The notes: generated from the letters alone by a model not told the origin. A stretch of 64,000 nt of DNA from Octopus sinensis (GCF_006345805.1 NC_043006.1:89714001-89778000); one strand, 5' to 3'. Numbered from the stretch's first letter, positions 26,357 through 39,903 are shown. Numbers and translations: made by a program.

Positions 26357-26749
26357 CTTCTTTTATTCTTTTACTTGTTTCAGTCATTTGACTGTGGCCA
26401 TGCTGGAGCACAGTCTTTTGTTGAACAAGTCAACCCTGGGACTTAATTCTTTGTAAGTATAGTACTTATTCTATCAGTCCCTTTTGCCGAACCGCTAAGT
26501 CGAGGGGACATAAACACACCAACACTGGTTATCAAGCAATGGTGGGGGGACAAGCACAGACACACGAATACCTACACACACACACACATATACGATGGGC
26601 TTCTTTCAGTTTCCATCTACCAAACCCACTCACAAAGCTTTGGTCAGCCCGAGAATATAGTAGAAGACACTTGCCCAAAGTGCAACACAGTGGAACTGAA
26701 CCCAGAGCCATGTGGTTGGAAGCAAGCTTCTCACCACACAGCCACTCCT
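26357..26749 (-). mobile_element. SINE family A
   Basis: Full-length reverse-complement copy. Confidence 0.8.
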
Positions 26750-26931
26750 GCACCTCTTACCACACAGCCACTCCTGGGTCATCCCATAATGCAGTTTTTT
26801 CAATTGCATGAACTAAAAATTGGAGGGGAATGAGATAAACTACCTGCATCAATTTGCTAAAAAGTAGTAATTTTACCTTGTACTTATTCTTAATGCAAGT
26901 TTTGAAGTGTGCAGTTTGATTTTATTAGTTA

Positions 26932-27990
26932 CTAGCAGTATAACCCGGCCTTGCCCGGGATTAAGTTACGATTATTAAGCTAATTAAGTTCTTTATTTCA
27001 AACCAAACTAAGTAAAATAGATGTCAAATTTGGGCGAAATCCGTTGAAATTAGTTATATTATATATATATTTGTTATATATATATTATTTATATATAACA
27101 TAATATAAATATATATGGGCAACAGACACGAACACACATACACACATGTACGTACACCTATTGTATGTTTTGTGCACACATACATGTTCATAAACAGAAA
27201 TGAATGGAAAAAATGTTAAATTTGTAGATTAACACTCGCACGATTTTCACTAAGAAAAAAAATCGTTTTTTTGCGTGGAATCAACTACTCTGGCCTCAAA
27301 ACCCTTTTTGTGGTCTGTGAAACAGAGTGGGGTATGGTGGGAGCCTCACAAATTGTACCCATTTATATTTTGTAATTCACTGACAAATTGTTACTCACCT
27401 CTTTGTTTCTTTGTTGTTAGACAAATGGATTATCAACAAAACACTTTTTTACTCGGCGTAAAATAAAAACAAAAATCTTTCGCACCCAAAGTAATGTGTG
27501 TGAGAGAGAGAAGGGGGAGAAAGATGAACGATTTAAAATAAATAAATGATTTAAAATAAATATATTGTAATTGTTGTGTGAGAAAGTATATATATTATGA
27601 TTATAAAATATAGTGTCTTTCAAAAACCAAAAACAAAACATTTTACATTTTATTTTTTTATGAATGTCATAACTTTCTCTCTCTCACTTTGTCTTTCCCA
27701 TGAAACTCTCTGCCTCCTTCTTCCACTTTTCTTTATCTTATTTTTTTTGTTAGACGCCATCAAAAAAGCTAAGGCTGATATTTTTTGTGGCTAAAAGCTA
27801 CGTCTGAAAATAGATATTTACACTATCCACAGATGCCCCGGGGGTGGGGGTGGATAAGTTGACAAAACCCAGATAGGATGTTGACAAATGTCCTCCTAAA
27901 ATTGGAGCAACATGCGTGCTAATTTGTGGACATGCATAAATTACAATCACCTACACACGTACACACACATCCTCCCTTTTATAGATATGA
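26932..27990 (-). mobile_element. Non-autonomous Helitron
   Basis: On the minus strand: A|TCATATCTATAAAAGGG...CCCGGGCAAGGCCGGG-TTATACTG-CTAG|T, giving a 5' TC, a GC hairpin ~8 nt before a 3' CTAG, and an A/T insertion site. Confidence 0.75.
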
Positions 27991-28540
27991 TTTTTTAAAG
28001 CTATAAGTTGAACTACCACACATCCACTTCAAATACTTCTAAATGGGCGAAGTAGTAAGAAATGTTGAAGATCAATGATTACTAATTCATTGTTAGGAAA
28101 TGTATATAGAATCGTATACACCCACATTTGTTTCCATCCTTGATAAAACTGTATTTGTATTTATACATCTAAAAGAGGCTGTGCATGCGTAGGAGTGAGG
28201 GGGGGAGGGATAGGGAGAAAGAGAGGGGTAGAAAGGGAGGTTCTGAGTGAGGTTTTGTTCATACATTGCTTGTTTTGAGACAAACAGATTGTTATTCAGC
28301 AAGGTGTAAGAAAGTCTAACAGGATTATGCAAACAAATCTAGTCATTGAGGGTGGTTTATTCTTGACATTTTGTAAGAAGGCAAAATTTCATCATCAAAA
28401 GTTTAACAGACACTGTTCTTCTGTGTGTGTATGTGTGTGTGTGTGCGCGCACTTCTTTGACATCCTAAAAACCACACCCAAGTTTCTATGCTACAAATCA
28501 CTTTTGTATCAATGTTTCTACAATTCACAATCTGTATCTA

Positions 28541-28589
<49 letters not shown>

Positions 28590-28590
<1 letters not shown>

Positions 28591-31500
28591 GGGTGTGGAC
28601 ATACTTCTTGCAGATAAATGGGTGGATAAGGTCATAGAGGTAGTGAGAGTGTGCAACAGAATACTTAAACTCAGGATAATCTTGCAGAATGGGATTGCTA
28701 CAATTATCTCCGCCTACGCCCCACAAGCAGGCCTACCAAATGAACAGAAGGATCACTTTCATGATATTCTTCTGCAGGCAACCTCAATGATCACATCTTT
28801 GTGGTTGAAGATTTTAATGAGCATGTCGGACGGCAATCTGGTATCTTCCATGGTGTACATGGGGACCATAGAGTTGGTACCAGAAATGAAGAGGGAAGTA
28901 GGCTCCTGGAGTTCTGTAATACAAATAACCAATTTATCTGCAACACCAACTTCAGGAAGCCAGCCAGTCACCTAATAACTTATCAATCAGGTGACTCTGC
29001 TAGCCAGATCAATTTAAATCTCACCAGACAGTAGGATGCATGATTGCTCTTAAATACAAAAACTCTTCCTGGTGAAGAATGTACTCCACAACATAAACTA
29101 GTTGTTAGTGACTTTAGACTTGAGGCCAGAAGGATGCCAAAAACCAGACCAATCTGAAAAAAAGGACTTGGAAACTTAGGAACCCTTCACATGGTCAGAG
29201 ATTTATGGATATCCTTACCGAGAAATTTGATGATAGGGAAGAGGAGCTACAGTCCTGTAACATAGAAGGCAGCTGGGTATTCCTGTGAGATAGCTTGCTG
29301 AGTTCCACAGACCAAATCTGGTGCAAAGTGCCTTCTAAAACTAGGGTAACATGGTGGTGGAACAATACTGTAGACAGGGCCATTAGAGCAAAGAAACAGG
29401 TTTGGAATGCCTGGAAGAGTGGGGGCAGCAGGAGTATGTATCAGATAGCCAAAATGGAAGCTAGGAGACAGGTATATATAGCCAAGGGATTAGCAGAAAA
29501 GAAGTTTGCCAATGTTCAGTGACATGAGAACCAAAGAACTGAAGTATTTCGGATTGCAAGACAGTGTGTGAGAGATGTCATAGGAGAGAAATGTGTCCGC
29601 ATGGATGATGGTGTTCTTGCATTTAATGACTCTACAAAGAAAGAGGCTTGAAGATGTGATTGTGAACGACTGCTGAATGTGGAGAATTAATGGGAGGAGG
29701 AGAGCCTGCCAAAGGTTGACCCAATTGAGGGACCAGCTACCTGAATCGACAGTACCCAGGTAAATAAAACAATTAAGGATATGAAGATAGGGAAAGCACT
29801 TGGCTCAGCAGGAATCACTGCTGGGATGTTTAAAATATCAGGCAGTGTGGTTTACGGTCTTGTCACCCGTATCATAAATCAGGTAGTTCATGAAGGAGTC
29901 ACATCCAATGACTGGCATAGCAGCAGCACCATAGTCAACTGCTACAGGGGTGAAGGTGATGCTTTAGATAGAAATAACTACAGGGGTATCAAACTGCTGG
30001 ATCAGGTGACGAAGGTCACGGAGAGGGTCATAGCCCAACTAATTAGGGAGAGAGTTAGTCTAGATGAGATGCAGTTTGGTTTTGTGCCAGGCAGAAGCAC
30101 CGCTAATGCTATATTTCTGGTAAGGCAGCTGCAGGAGAAGTACTTGACCAAAAAATAAACCTCTGTACATGGTTTTGTTGACATGGAAAAAGCCTTTGAC
30201 AGGGACCCCCAGTCCCTTATCTGTGGTCAATGCGGAAACTGGGGATAGATGAGTAGCTGGTAAGAGCTGTACAAGCCATGTACAGAGATGCTGTCAGTAA
30301 CGTGAGGGTTAGCAATGAGTATAGTGAAGAATTCTGAGTAGAAGTAGGGGTTCACCAAGGATCAGTCCTCAGCCCCCTCTTATTCATTATAGTCCTCCAG
30401 GCAATAACAGAGGAATTCAAGACAGCTACCCCTGGGAGCTCCTGTATGCTGACGACATTGCTCTAATAGCCGAGTCACTGCCAGAACTGGAGACGAAGTT
30501 TAGGACATGGAAGCAAGGTCTAGAATCTAAGGGTCTTAGGGTTAACCTAGCAAAAACCAAAGTCTTAGTAAGTAAGAAGGCTGTCAAATTGCAACCCACT
30601 TCAGGTAGATGGCCTTGCTGAATCTATAGAAAAGGCATGGGTAGAAACTCCATACGATGTACTCAATGTAAGCTATGGACACATAAAAGGTGCAGCAATA
30701 TCAAGGGAAGGTTACCCATGTGTGACAGATGCACAGGGGCAATAAACACTGAAGATGTACAGAAAACTGATTCCATCATATGCCCGGGGAGTAACTAGAA
30801 GTAGTTAATAGCTTCTGCTACCTAGGCGACCAAATCTGTACTAGGATTGGTTGCTCTGAGAGTGCAGCGATTAGAGTAAGAATAGCCTGGGCAAAGTTCA
30901 GAGAGCTCCTACCTCTGCTGGCAACGAAAAGCCTTGTTTCTCAGGGTGAAAGGTAGACTGTATGATGTGTGTGAAATGCCATGCTACATGGTAGTGAAAC
31001 ATGGACCATGAATGCTGAGGACATGTGTTGGCTTGAAAGAAATGAAGCTAGTATGATCTGCTGGATGTGTAATGTCAGTGTGCATACACAACAGGGTCTA
31101 AGTGCCCTGAGTGAAAAGTTGGGCATAAGAAGCATCAAATGGGGTGTGTAAGAGAGATGACTGCGCTGGTATGTCCATGTGTTACATATGAATGAAAACA
31201 GCTGCATAAGGAAGTGCCACTCCCTAAATGTAGAAGGAACCTGTAGAAGAGATAGACCCAAGAAGACATGGGATGAGGTGGTGAAGCATGACCTTTGAAC
31301 ATTAGGCCTCACAGAGGCAATGACAGGAGACCAGGACCTTTGGAGATATGCTGTGATTGAGAAGACCCAGCAGTGAGACCAAAGCCACACCTGTCTGGTC
31401 CTGTTGAGTCAAGTAAAACCAATATCATAGCTGGGGCTGGTGCCCCTTGCTGGCTCCCATGCTGATGTCATGTAAAAAGCACCATCTGTATGTGCTCGAT

Positions 31501-31760
31501 GCCAGGTTCACCTGACTGGCTCCCATGCTGGTGATACGTAAAAAGCAGCAACCAATCATGACGGATGCCAGTACTCATTGACTGGTTCCTGTGCCAGTGG
31601 CACCTAAAAAGCACCCACTACACTCTCAGAGTGGTTGGCGTTAGGAAGGGCATCCAGCCAGATTAGACTGGTGCAGACGCTGGATCTCCAGACCTCATGT
31701 CCAACCCATACCAGCATGGAAAATGGACATTAAACGATGATGATGATGATGATGATATAC
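28590..31760 (+). mobile_element. Decayed RTE-like LINE (AP endonuclease + RT + PHD finger + 3' UTR)
   Basis: IISAYAPQ and NTNFRKP (APE); NNYRGIKLL, QFGFVPGRST, FVDMEKAFD, GVHQGSVLSPLLF and YADD (RT); GRDRPKKTW; (GAT)n tail. Many stops and frameshifts. Confidence 0.9.
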
Positions 31761-32204
31761 ATATTATATGCATAAATATAAATATGTATATATATATGTG
31801 TGTGTGTGTGTGTGTTATATATATTATATACATAAAGATAAATATATATGTATACATACATTATATTTAAATATAAATAAATATATATATCTAAATATAT
31901 AGAGATAATTACAGTTTGTTGCCTCCACATGTAAGTTAACTGTTTAACTGTGTGGAACCTTGAATGTGGTTTGAGGCTCAACGTACACTACACACATATA
32001 ACCACAAACACACAAGAATGTATTTACAAATGCACCACATGCAGAAACGCGCATAGAGACATATGCTTCTACACGGTATTTAATATGTATGAAATGAGGT
32101 GGTTCACAGTGGAGTGGCATATTAGAAGTATGCTACACCCATTATCCATATATGAATTTGTAAAGATAAACTCATCAATCTATCTATCTATCTATCTCCC
32201 CCTC

Positions 32205-32235
<31 letters not shown>

Positions 32236-32242
32236 CTCTCTC

Positions 32243-32273
<31 letters not shown>

Positions 32274-32964
32274 CTACATACCCACAACTCCATACACATC
32301 TAAATATATGTATTTACATGCATATCTGCATAGACATTTGTGTGTGAGTGTGTGTATGTGCAATATATGTGAGGTAGGATTGATCTGAAGTTTGAAAGTA
32401 GTTGTTCTTTGAAGGTTTTACACATACATTACTGAACAGAGCATACACACACACACACATACACACACACATGCAAGCAGACAACAACAACAATGCCAAG
32501 AACATCATTGCTGTTCACAGGTGCGGAATTAGTTTATCCAATCAAATATTCAACAAGATACCGAAGGAGATTTTGTTGATTTCCATTACGTAAGATGATA
32601 AACAAAGAACAAAAAAATGCAGAAAAAGAAAAAAAAGAAAAAAAATCTTCCAAATAAATTCAAAGCTATTTTTCTTCTCTTTTGTTTGAAAAATGTGTAA
32701 GTAAAGCTTTGAATAAATAAAATCTTTATATCTTTCATGATTACAAACAACAACTGGTTCTATTATAGATAATTAGTTTTTCACAAAAATTTAAACCAAA
32801 CTTGATATTTCTTTTTTCTTTTTCCCCAGCTAAAAGGTCAAATAAATACATAAATATATGCATGAAAGTTGTAAAGTAATAACAGAGATTGAAATGAATA
32901 AGAAATAAAGAGAGAGAAAGGAAGTGCATAGTTTAAATAAGAGAAATATATCTATATAAACAGA

Positions 32965-33001
<37 letters not shown>

Positions 33002-33268
33002 TAAATTGCAAAGGAATGATAAAGAATGGGTTGACAAGAAAATTGAGTTCCAAAATCACAAGCAACTGGCTTCAGATGCTCAACTATAATTTTCTGTTTG
33101 TTGTTCAATTTTCATTTTTCTTTAACTCGGATGTATTGACTTAGAAGCTGGCATCCAATTTCTATTGAACTGTATGATTTGAATTCTTTTTAGCAGAAAT
33201 AATGACCTCACTTCAGTATTCTTATTTACATCCTTCTCTCTCTCTCTATCAATCTCTCTCTCTATCAA

Positions 33269-33305
<37 letters not shown>

Positions 33306-35438
33306 CTATCTATCTCCTTTCATTTTTGTTTACTGTTTGTTTGGTTTCATAAACTTCCATTTCCAAAATCCATTTTTAACAAATGTTAATGAGGCAAAAA
33401 TATAGCTGAAAGCAAAAGACAAGATTTGGAAGTTTTATTTTTATTTCTAATAGAATTTGATTGTCAAGAATAGATTGTAAATAAACACATTAAAAATCTG
33501 TTTAAATAGGAAAAGAAGTGTGAATAAGCTGGAGAAAGTCTAAAGGGATGTGTTAGATGTTATTATACTTTGGAAATTTATTTTGTGTCAATTTTTAATA
33601 GGATATACTGAAATTAAAAATGATGTGAATGATGGTGATGATGATGCGGATGACAATGATAGGAATAATAAGCATGGAAAGTAAAAAAAAAAAAAGTTCT
33701 ACGAAATAAACAAACAAGCTGTAAAGAAAGCAATATCTCAGATAAAGAGGATGAAATTAAAGAGTGGAGTTATTTTAAAATTGGTCAATTTCACCAAGTT
33801 ATTTTGAGTGATATTTAATTGAACAAACAGAAATATATATATTAGGTAAGAGTCATAAAATATTATGGTACTGAGATGACAGATGGAAACAACAAATAAG
33901 GAATTCAGAAAGTCTATTTTTGTGAAAAGTAAATTGAAGATCGAAATGTTCAATAAATATATGGATAATGAGAGAATTTGCATTCTTTGTATAGAAATAG
34001 CCGAGTACTGTAGGCTTTGTCATAAAATGATTGCGAAGATGATGTAAAATGGATTCATTGAAATAAAGTTCCCTTGAAATAGGGCAGGGGATAATAATTC
34101 CTTTACATTGTGAAAACATTACCAATGGCTTGAATAAGAAACATTTTATGATTTCTATCAAAATATATATTAGTTATATTTGATATTCAGCACAAAAAGA
34201 AGGTCGGTAGAAGACTTTTCTATATCAATATTTGGTAAAATTAAAAAAAAGATAAAAGGAAAGGCTAGTAGCATTATATGTTTTTATTCTGAGGATCTTT
34301 ATATACAAACTGGTTTTCTGATGATAGCACTTATAAGTAGTTCTATTTCCGAAGAGGAAGATAAATCAATATATGAAAGGATAAAGAGTTTGAAATTTAG
34401 AAATAAGCACAATTTTCAAAACAGTTACATAAACAAGTATTTGAGCAGATTTCTGATACAAATCAGCTGCAAAAGACACCAAGTTTGACAGCAGGTATCT
34501 ATCAATTCAATATAAAAATTATACAGTAGATAGATACTTATATCTCGGAGGCAAAGAGAATGGAAGCAAAGAAATTTCAATGCCTCCTGTACAAAACACC
34601 CTTAGAAAATGTTTGGCATCATCATCATCATGGAATATAACTATTAAAGCCTACCACAACAACCTTCAAATTATTTCCATCAGCTAAAGGGGAACAATGA
34701 GTAATCTGTTCTCAAGTGCATTAGAAAACCACCAAATTTTACAGACAAGACACACAAACCAGTCCCACAAAAGCCAACAAAAGATAGCCAAATAGCCCTC
34801 AAGCCAGGCAAACCCATATTCAAATTAAAGGAGAGGACTAGACTGGATAATAGGCTAGACTGGATAATCCCAGATAATATGCTGAGATGGGATGGACAAA
34901 GGCTGAATGTCTTTGGTTTATAGTTGTACTTAATCAGAAATTATCTGGGACTAAGAAGGAGAGAGGGAAGAGAAGAGAGGGGGCAGTGACAATGAAGAGG
35001 GAAGCAGGAACATCACCACTACCCTGATGTATGTGTATGTGTGTGTGTGTGTGTGTACAGACAGCCAGACAAATATTTTCCTTGCTTCACTCCTATCTTC
35101 AATAAAGTGAGAGGCCCATGTAACCCTTCTACATTAAGAAACCTGTTCTGCCTTGACCCCTTCTCTTGTTCTCTAATCCCTCCCACCCTAGCATAAAGCC
35201 ACTTCTCTCAAGCTTCAGCCTTGTAAGCTATATGCTGCATCTTTACTGTTGGTGACACAAAAAGAAGCATGCTGTACATAACTGTAAAGTGATTGGTATT
35301 GGAAAAGGCATTCGGCCATCAAAACTATGCCCAAGGTAGACAATGGGGCACAATCAGATCTTGTCAAACTTTATAACCCATACCAGCATGGAACATGGGC
35401 ATTCAATTCTGATTATATATATATAATATATATATATA

Positions 35439-35822
35439 AGGAGTGGCTGTGTGGTAAGTAGCTTGCTAACCAACCACATGGTTCTGGGTTCAATCCCACT
35501 GCGTGGCATCTTGGGCAAGTGTCTTCTGCTATAGCCCCGGGCCGACCAATGCCTTGTGAGTGGATTTGGTAGACGGAAACTGAAAAAAGCCTGTCATATA
35601 TATATATATAAATGTATGTGTGTGTGTGTTTGTGTTTGTCCCCTAGCATTGCTTGACAACCGATGCTGGTGTGTGTTTACGTCCCCGTCACTTAGCGGTT
35701 CGGCAAAAGAGACCGATGTAATAAGTACTGGGCTTACAAAAAATAAGTCTCGGGGTCGATTTGCTCGACTAAAGGCGGTGCTCCAGCATGGCCGCAGTCA
35801 AATGACTGAAACAAGTAAAAGA
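35439..35822 (+). mobile_element. SINE family A (least diverged copy)
   Basis: Complete head, microsatellite and tail. Confidence 0.85.
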
Positions 35823-35852
35823 GAAAAGAGAAAAAGAGAATATATATATACA

Positions 35853-36074
35853 CAAAATTTAGAGGACTGACCACTAAAAGTGGACAGCCTGTATGCTAGA
35901 TATAGACGTCAAAATCGCCATTTGCCCCGGAGAATGTGTTCTCAAGAAAAATTCAGCAAAAAAACAAAGTGTAAAAATAAGCAAGACAAATGAAAATATA
36001 TGAAAAGGGCAATTTTGACGTCTATATCTAGCATACAGGCTGTCCACTTTTAGTGGTCAATCCTCTAAATTTTG
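35853..36074. mobile_element. MITE, 222 bp, ~63-bp terminal inverted repeats
   Basis: CAAAATTTAGAGGA(C/T)TGACCACTAAAAGTGGACAGCC... is present at both ends in inverted orientation with 1 mismatch. TA on the right flank. Confidence 0.8.
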
Positions 36075-36185
36075 TAGGGAAAAAATTTTTAATCTTTGGA
36101 TTTTTTAAATATGTTAGGCCACTGGTTTTAATTGATTAATATCAATTTCTACCCTTATTTAATTATATATATATATATATATATA

Positions 36186-36372
36186 GGGAGAGTTTACGAA
36201 CAAAACAACAAAAGATGAAGACAGGGGGTGTACAAAACAAACAGATGTACTAGTATAATGCTCAGGAATAGAAAAAGTCTTTTACGTTTCGAGCCTACGC
36301 TCTTCTACAGAAAGGGACACAGAAAACAAGGAGAGAAAAAAATGTGTGTAGTGGCTAATGATCTATCATGGT
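36186..36372 (-). mobile_element. Solo pLTR-like repeat with minimal hammerhead motif (36279-36314)
   Basis: Minus strand CUUU-CUGUAGA-AGAGC GUAG GCUC-GAAACGUA-AAAG. The layout parallels the units at 39896-40450, and it sits between microsatellites. Confidence 0.55.
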
Positions 36373-36400
36373 GTGTATGTGTGTGTGTGTAGTGCACATA

Positions 36401-36770
36401 GTGCATAGCTCAGTAGTTAGAGTGTCAGGCTCACAGTGATGAGGTAGTGAGTTCAATTCCCTGACTGGGCTGCGTGTAGTGTTCTTGAGAAAGGCACTTT
36501 ATTTCATGTTGCTTCAGTTCATGCAGCTGTAGAAATGAGTTGCCAAACTGTATCAGTCTTTGCCTTTCCCTGAGGCAACATCGATGGCATAGAGAGGGGA
36601 GCCCAGTATGCCTGGGCAACTGCTGGTCTTCCATAAACAACCTTGCCCGGACTTGTGCCTTGGTGGGGAACTTTTTAGGGGTAATCTTGTGGTCATTCAT
36701 GACCGAAGGGGATCTTTTACCCTTTCCCTTTTTACATAGGCACACACATAAAATAGGCCTCAACACACAG
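36401..36770 (+). mobile_element. tRNA-derived SINE family C
   Basis: Head GCATAGCTCAGTAGTTAGAGTG...GAGTTCAATTCCC (A/B boxes) followed by a non-tRNA body. Confidence 0.6.
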
Positions 36771-36954
36771 TCAACCTGAGGCAGGCACTTTTCAAGATAT
36801 CATGGTACAATAGGATTGAACCAAAGGCCATTCAGTTACAAACGAAACTCCTGAACCACCTAACAAAGCCGGCATCCAGTCATAGAGCACTCAACCAAAG
36901 ACACATGCACAAAACAGTAAAAAAGAACTATGCAGAGAGCCTTTTAATAATTCT

Positions 36955-37155
36955 TTCTAATTTTTGGCACAAGGCCGGCAATTTTGAGGAGAAGTTGATT
37001 ACATCAACCCCAATGTTCCACTGGTACTTTTTTGTCCAATCTCTAAAGGATGAAAGGCAAAGTTGATCTCAATGGAATTTGAACTCAAAACATAAGAATG
37101 CCACTAAACATTTTGTCTGACTTGTGAATGATTCTGCCAGTCTACCACCTTAGGA
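36955..37155 (-). mobile_element. SINE family B
   Basis: Reverse complement of family B. Confidence 0.6.
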
Positions 37156-39871
37156 ACTGTTCCTAATAAAGATGATGATGATGATGATAAGCATGCTATC
37201 ATCACAACAAAAGTCAACATTTCCATTCATTTTAATCAGGTCCAAAATAGTAATGAACGAGTCAGAGTAAATACTACAAATTAGTGGTTCACTGTTCGCA
37301 GTATTGTTTAGAAATTAAAATTATTCGTCTAAATAATATTATTTAAGATTCTCAAAAGTCATTCACAGTACACCACCATCACCACCGCCACCATCACCAC
37401 TGTCACCACCACCACTGCCAACAGCACAGCTAGAGGCGATAAGTGGCTCAGGAAATTCAGTTAGACAAAAGAATTAAGCTTCTTAAATTGAAGTGAGACA
37501 ACAACAACAACAGCAAGAATAAGAGCATTAGCAACAACAACAACGACGACGACGATGATGATGATGATGATGACGACGACACAGCAGCAAAAACAATGAC
37601 AACAACAAGGAGATATATTTCTTCTTGAAATTGTTATTTTTTTAAAAATTTCCATTTTAAATTTTAATTTTTAAAAAAAGTAAACTTTTTTTTGGTGATT
37701 AAAACTGAAAATTACTTCAATTCCTCAAAATTGACATTGATTACAATAGTGAAAGTTTCCAATGAAATATTTTAGAAATGCTTAATTTTCTTCTTTCGAT
37801 CAATTTGTTCTGATGGAAATCATGGTCAATAAAAGATATCATTGAAATTGTTCCAATGATCATTTAGAAATAATTCTCTAGTTTCATTTCTTACAGATTG
37901 GTTAGAATGGTTAAAGAAATCAAAGCTAGTATGGATACAAAAGAAAAAAAAAATCAAAATTCCACTAAAGAAAGCAAAAGATATTCTTCCAAAAATTGAT
38001 TTTTAAGAATTTTTGTTTCAATTATCTTGGATGCTTTTGTGCAATGGTTCTACAGAAAAGAGGTGGGAAAAATAACAAACAACAACAACAATAATAACAA
38101 TACTTTTTCTATCAGCAGAAGATCTGAAATTTTGGGGGAGTGGCTCGTTGATTGCATCCCTTCTGGTACTTATTTGATTGATCTCAAAATTGTTTTGCAC
38201 AGCGTGATAGAACGTGGGTCTCTGTGGTCGCAAACTGAACTTTGTCATCTCATGACCACACACGTCATTGACAATCAAGGAAATAATTATCACAGGTGGA
38301 CATAACGAGTATTCTCTTCAATGAATATCCTTCATTCAACTGCAAGAGACCTGAGCTACTTGAAATTTGGTTTCCTTTCTTGGAATGTAGCTCCACTTGC
38401 TTTAACTACATGATGTAGATCAAAGTTTTGGCAAAGTCCAACCTCTTCAGGTTGATCTATGAGAGTGAAAACATATCCATAAGTAAGGTTCCTGAAGTCA
38501 AGCCAAACTTTCTCGTTAAAATTCGTTTTATTTTTTATTTTCTATGAAAAGATTCTTGACATTCAGACCATATTCGATAAGGATCTACTTTCAATTGTTG
38601 CAGAGAAGGAATATTAAGTGTTTTGCAACTTTCATTTTATTTCTTTCTGAGATCAAATCCTGCTGATGTCAGTTTTGCATTTCATACTCCTGGAGTTGAG
38701 AGAATATGCATCAATCAAATACTGCAGTCATGTAGATCAACAGAATCAACTATACCCTCCCACCCAAACACACTCAAATAATTTAAGGCATTTGTTATAA
38801 ATCAATATCAATTAAAACTTTATTAAATGTCGTTAGTATCTAATTACATTTTACATGACTTTCATAAACCATATTTGTTGGTACGGAAGCATTGCCATGT
38901 CTACTTATGCATAGAAGTTTTTACTTTATTGTAGGTTCTATTTTTCTTCTTTACTCCCTGGCATTGATTTGCTACTAAATACCTGTAGATAACCATTTAT
39001 AACATTGCAACGGAATCTTGTCCCTTGCCATTCCTACCCAAGGGCTTAAATCCAAGGTCACTAAGAACATGCCATATTAGAACTGAGTGAAACAGGGTTT
39101 ATTTAATGAGGCACCCCTTGCAAAATCAGCTGACGAGACACTGCTGCACAGAGTGATGCACCACAACCAGTTGTACAGTATCCGACGCACAGGGGACTGA
39201 TGCAAGATGGGTCAAAACGATTGTTGTGAACAATAAAGTTTCTTGTATATTCCATTTTCCATCTCTATCGTTTGTTATACACCTGATGAACACTACGGAA
39301 TTCCTGAGGTGGATCCAGTGACAGTTGTGTAAATGACGTTGAGGTAGCCATAGGCAGCGAACACACTTCAGCAGCTAACTACTAGGAAAATACCCAATAC
39401 TTAAACAATAGCTTGTGTGTGTGTGTATATATATATATATATTTGTTTATAAAAAGTGTAGGTGGCATACAGGTGGGTACATATTTATAAAAATGAAGTT
39501 TGAAAACACCACTATATAAGATAAATTTTAATTTTCTGAGAGATTTTACATGTTTCGGTTCTTCTTGAAAAAACGAACCTTATCAAAAATCTATATTCTT
39601 AAAAGTTAAGTGTAATAAAAGAAAAGTTCATAATTACTTCTTACTAGTCTCAACAGAGTGGTGTTTTGTGTGGGGGAACATAATGGCTGTCTCGTGTATT
39701 GACTCGGTCTAATATATATTTCATAAGATGGATACATCAAAACCAGTAATATTTTATGAAACATTCTCTAAAATATACTTCTGTGCCATTTCCAACTTTA
39801 TTTACATTCATTAACTATATATATATATATCATCATCATCGTTTAATGCCTGCCTTCCATGCTAGCATGGG

Positions 39872-39895
<24 letters not shown>

Positions 39896-39903
<8 letters not shown>

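Noticed and set aside
31440-31620. CRISPR-like repeat-spacer array
   Set aside because: There are only three degenerate 66-bp units in a LINE 3' UTR, in a eukaryotic context with no cas genes.
36401-36480. tRNA gene
   Set aside because: A and B boxes are present, but there is no complete cloverleaf and the sequence runs into a repeat body. It is a SINE head.
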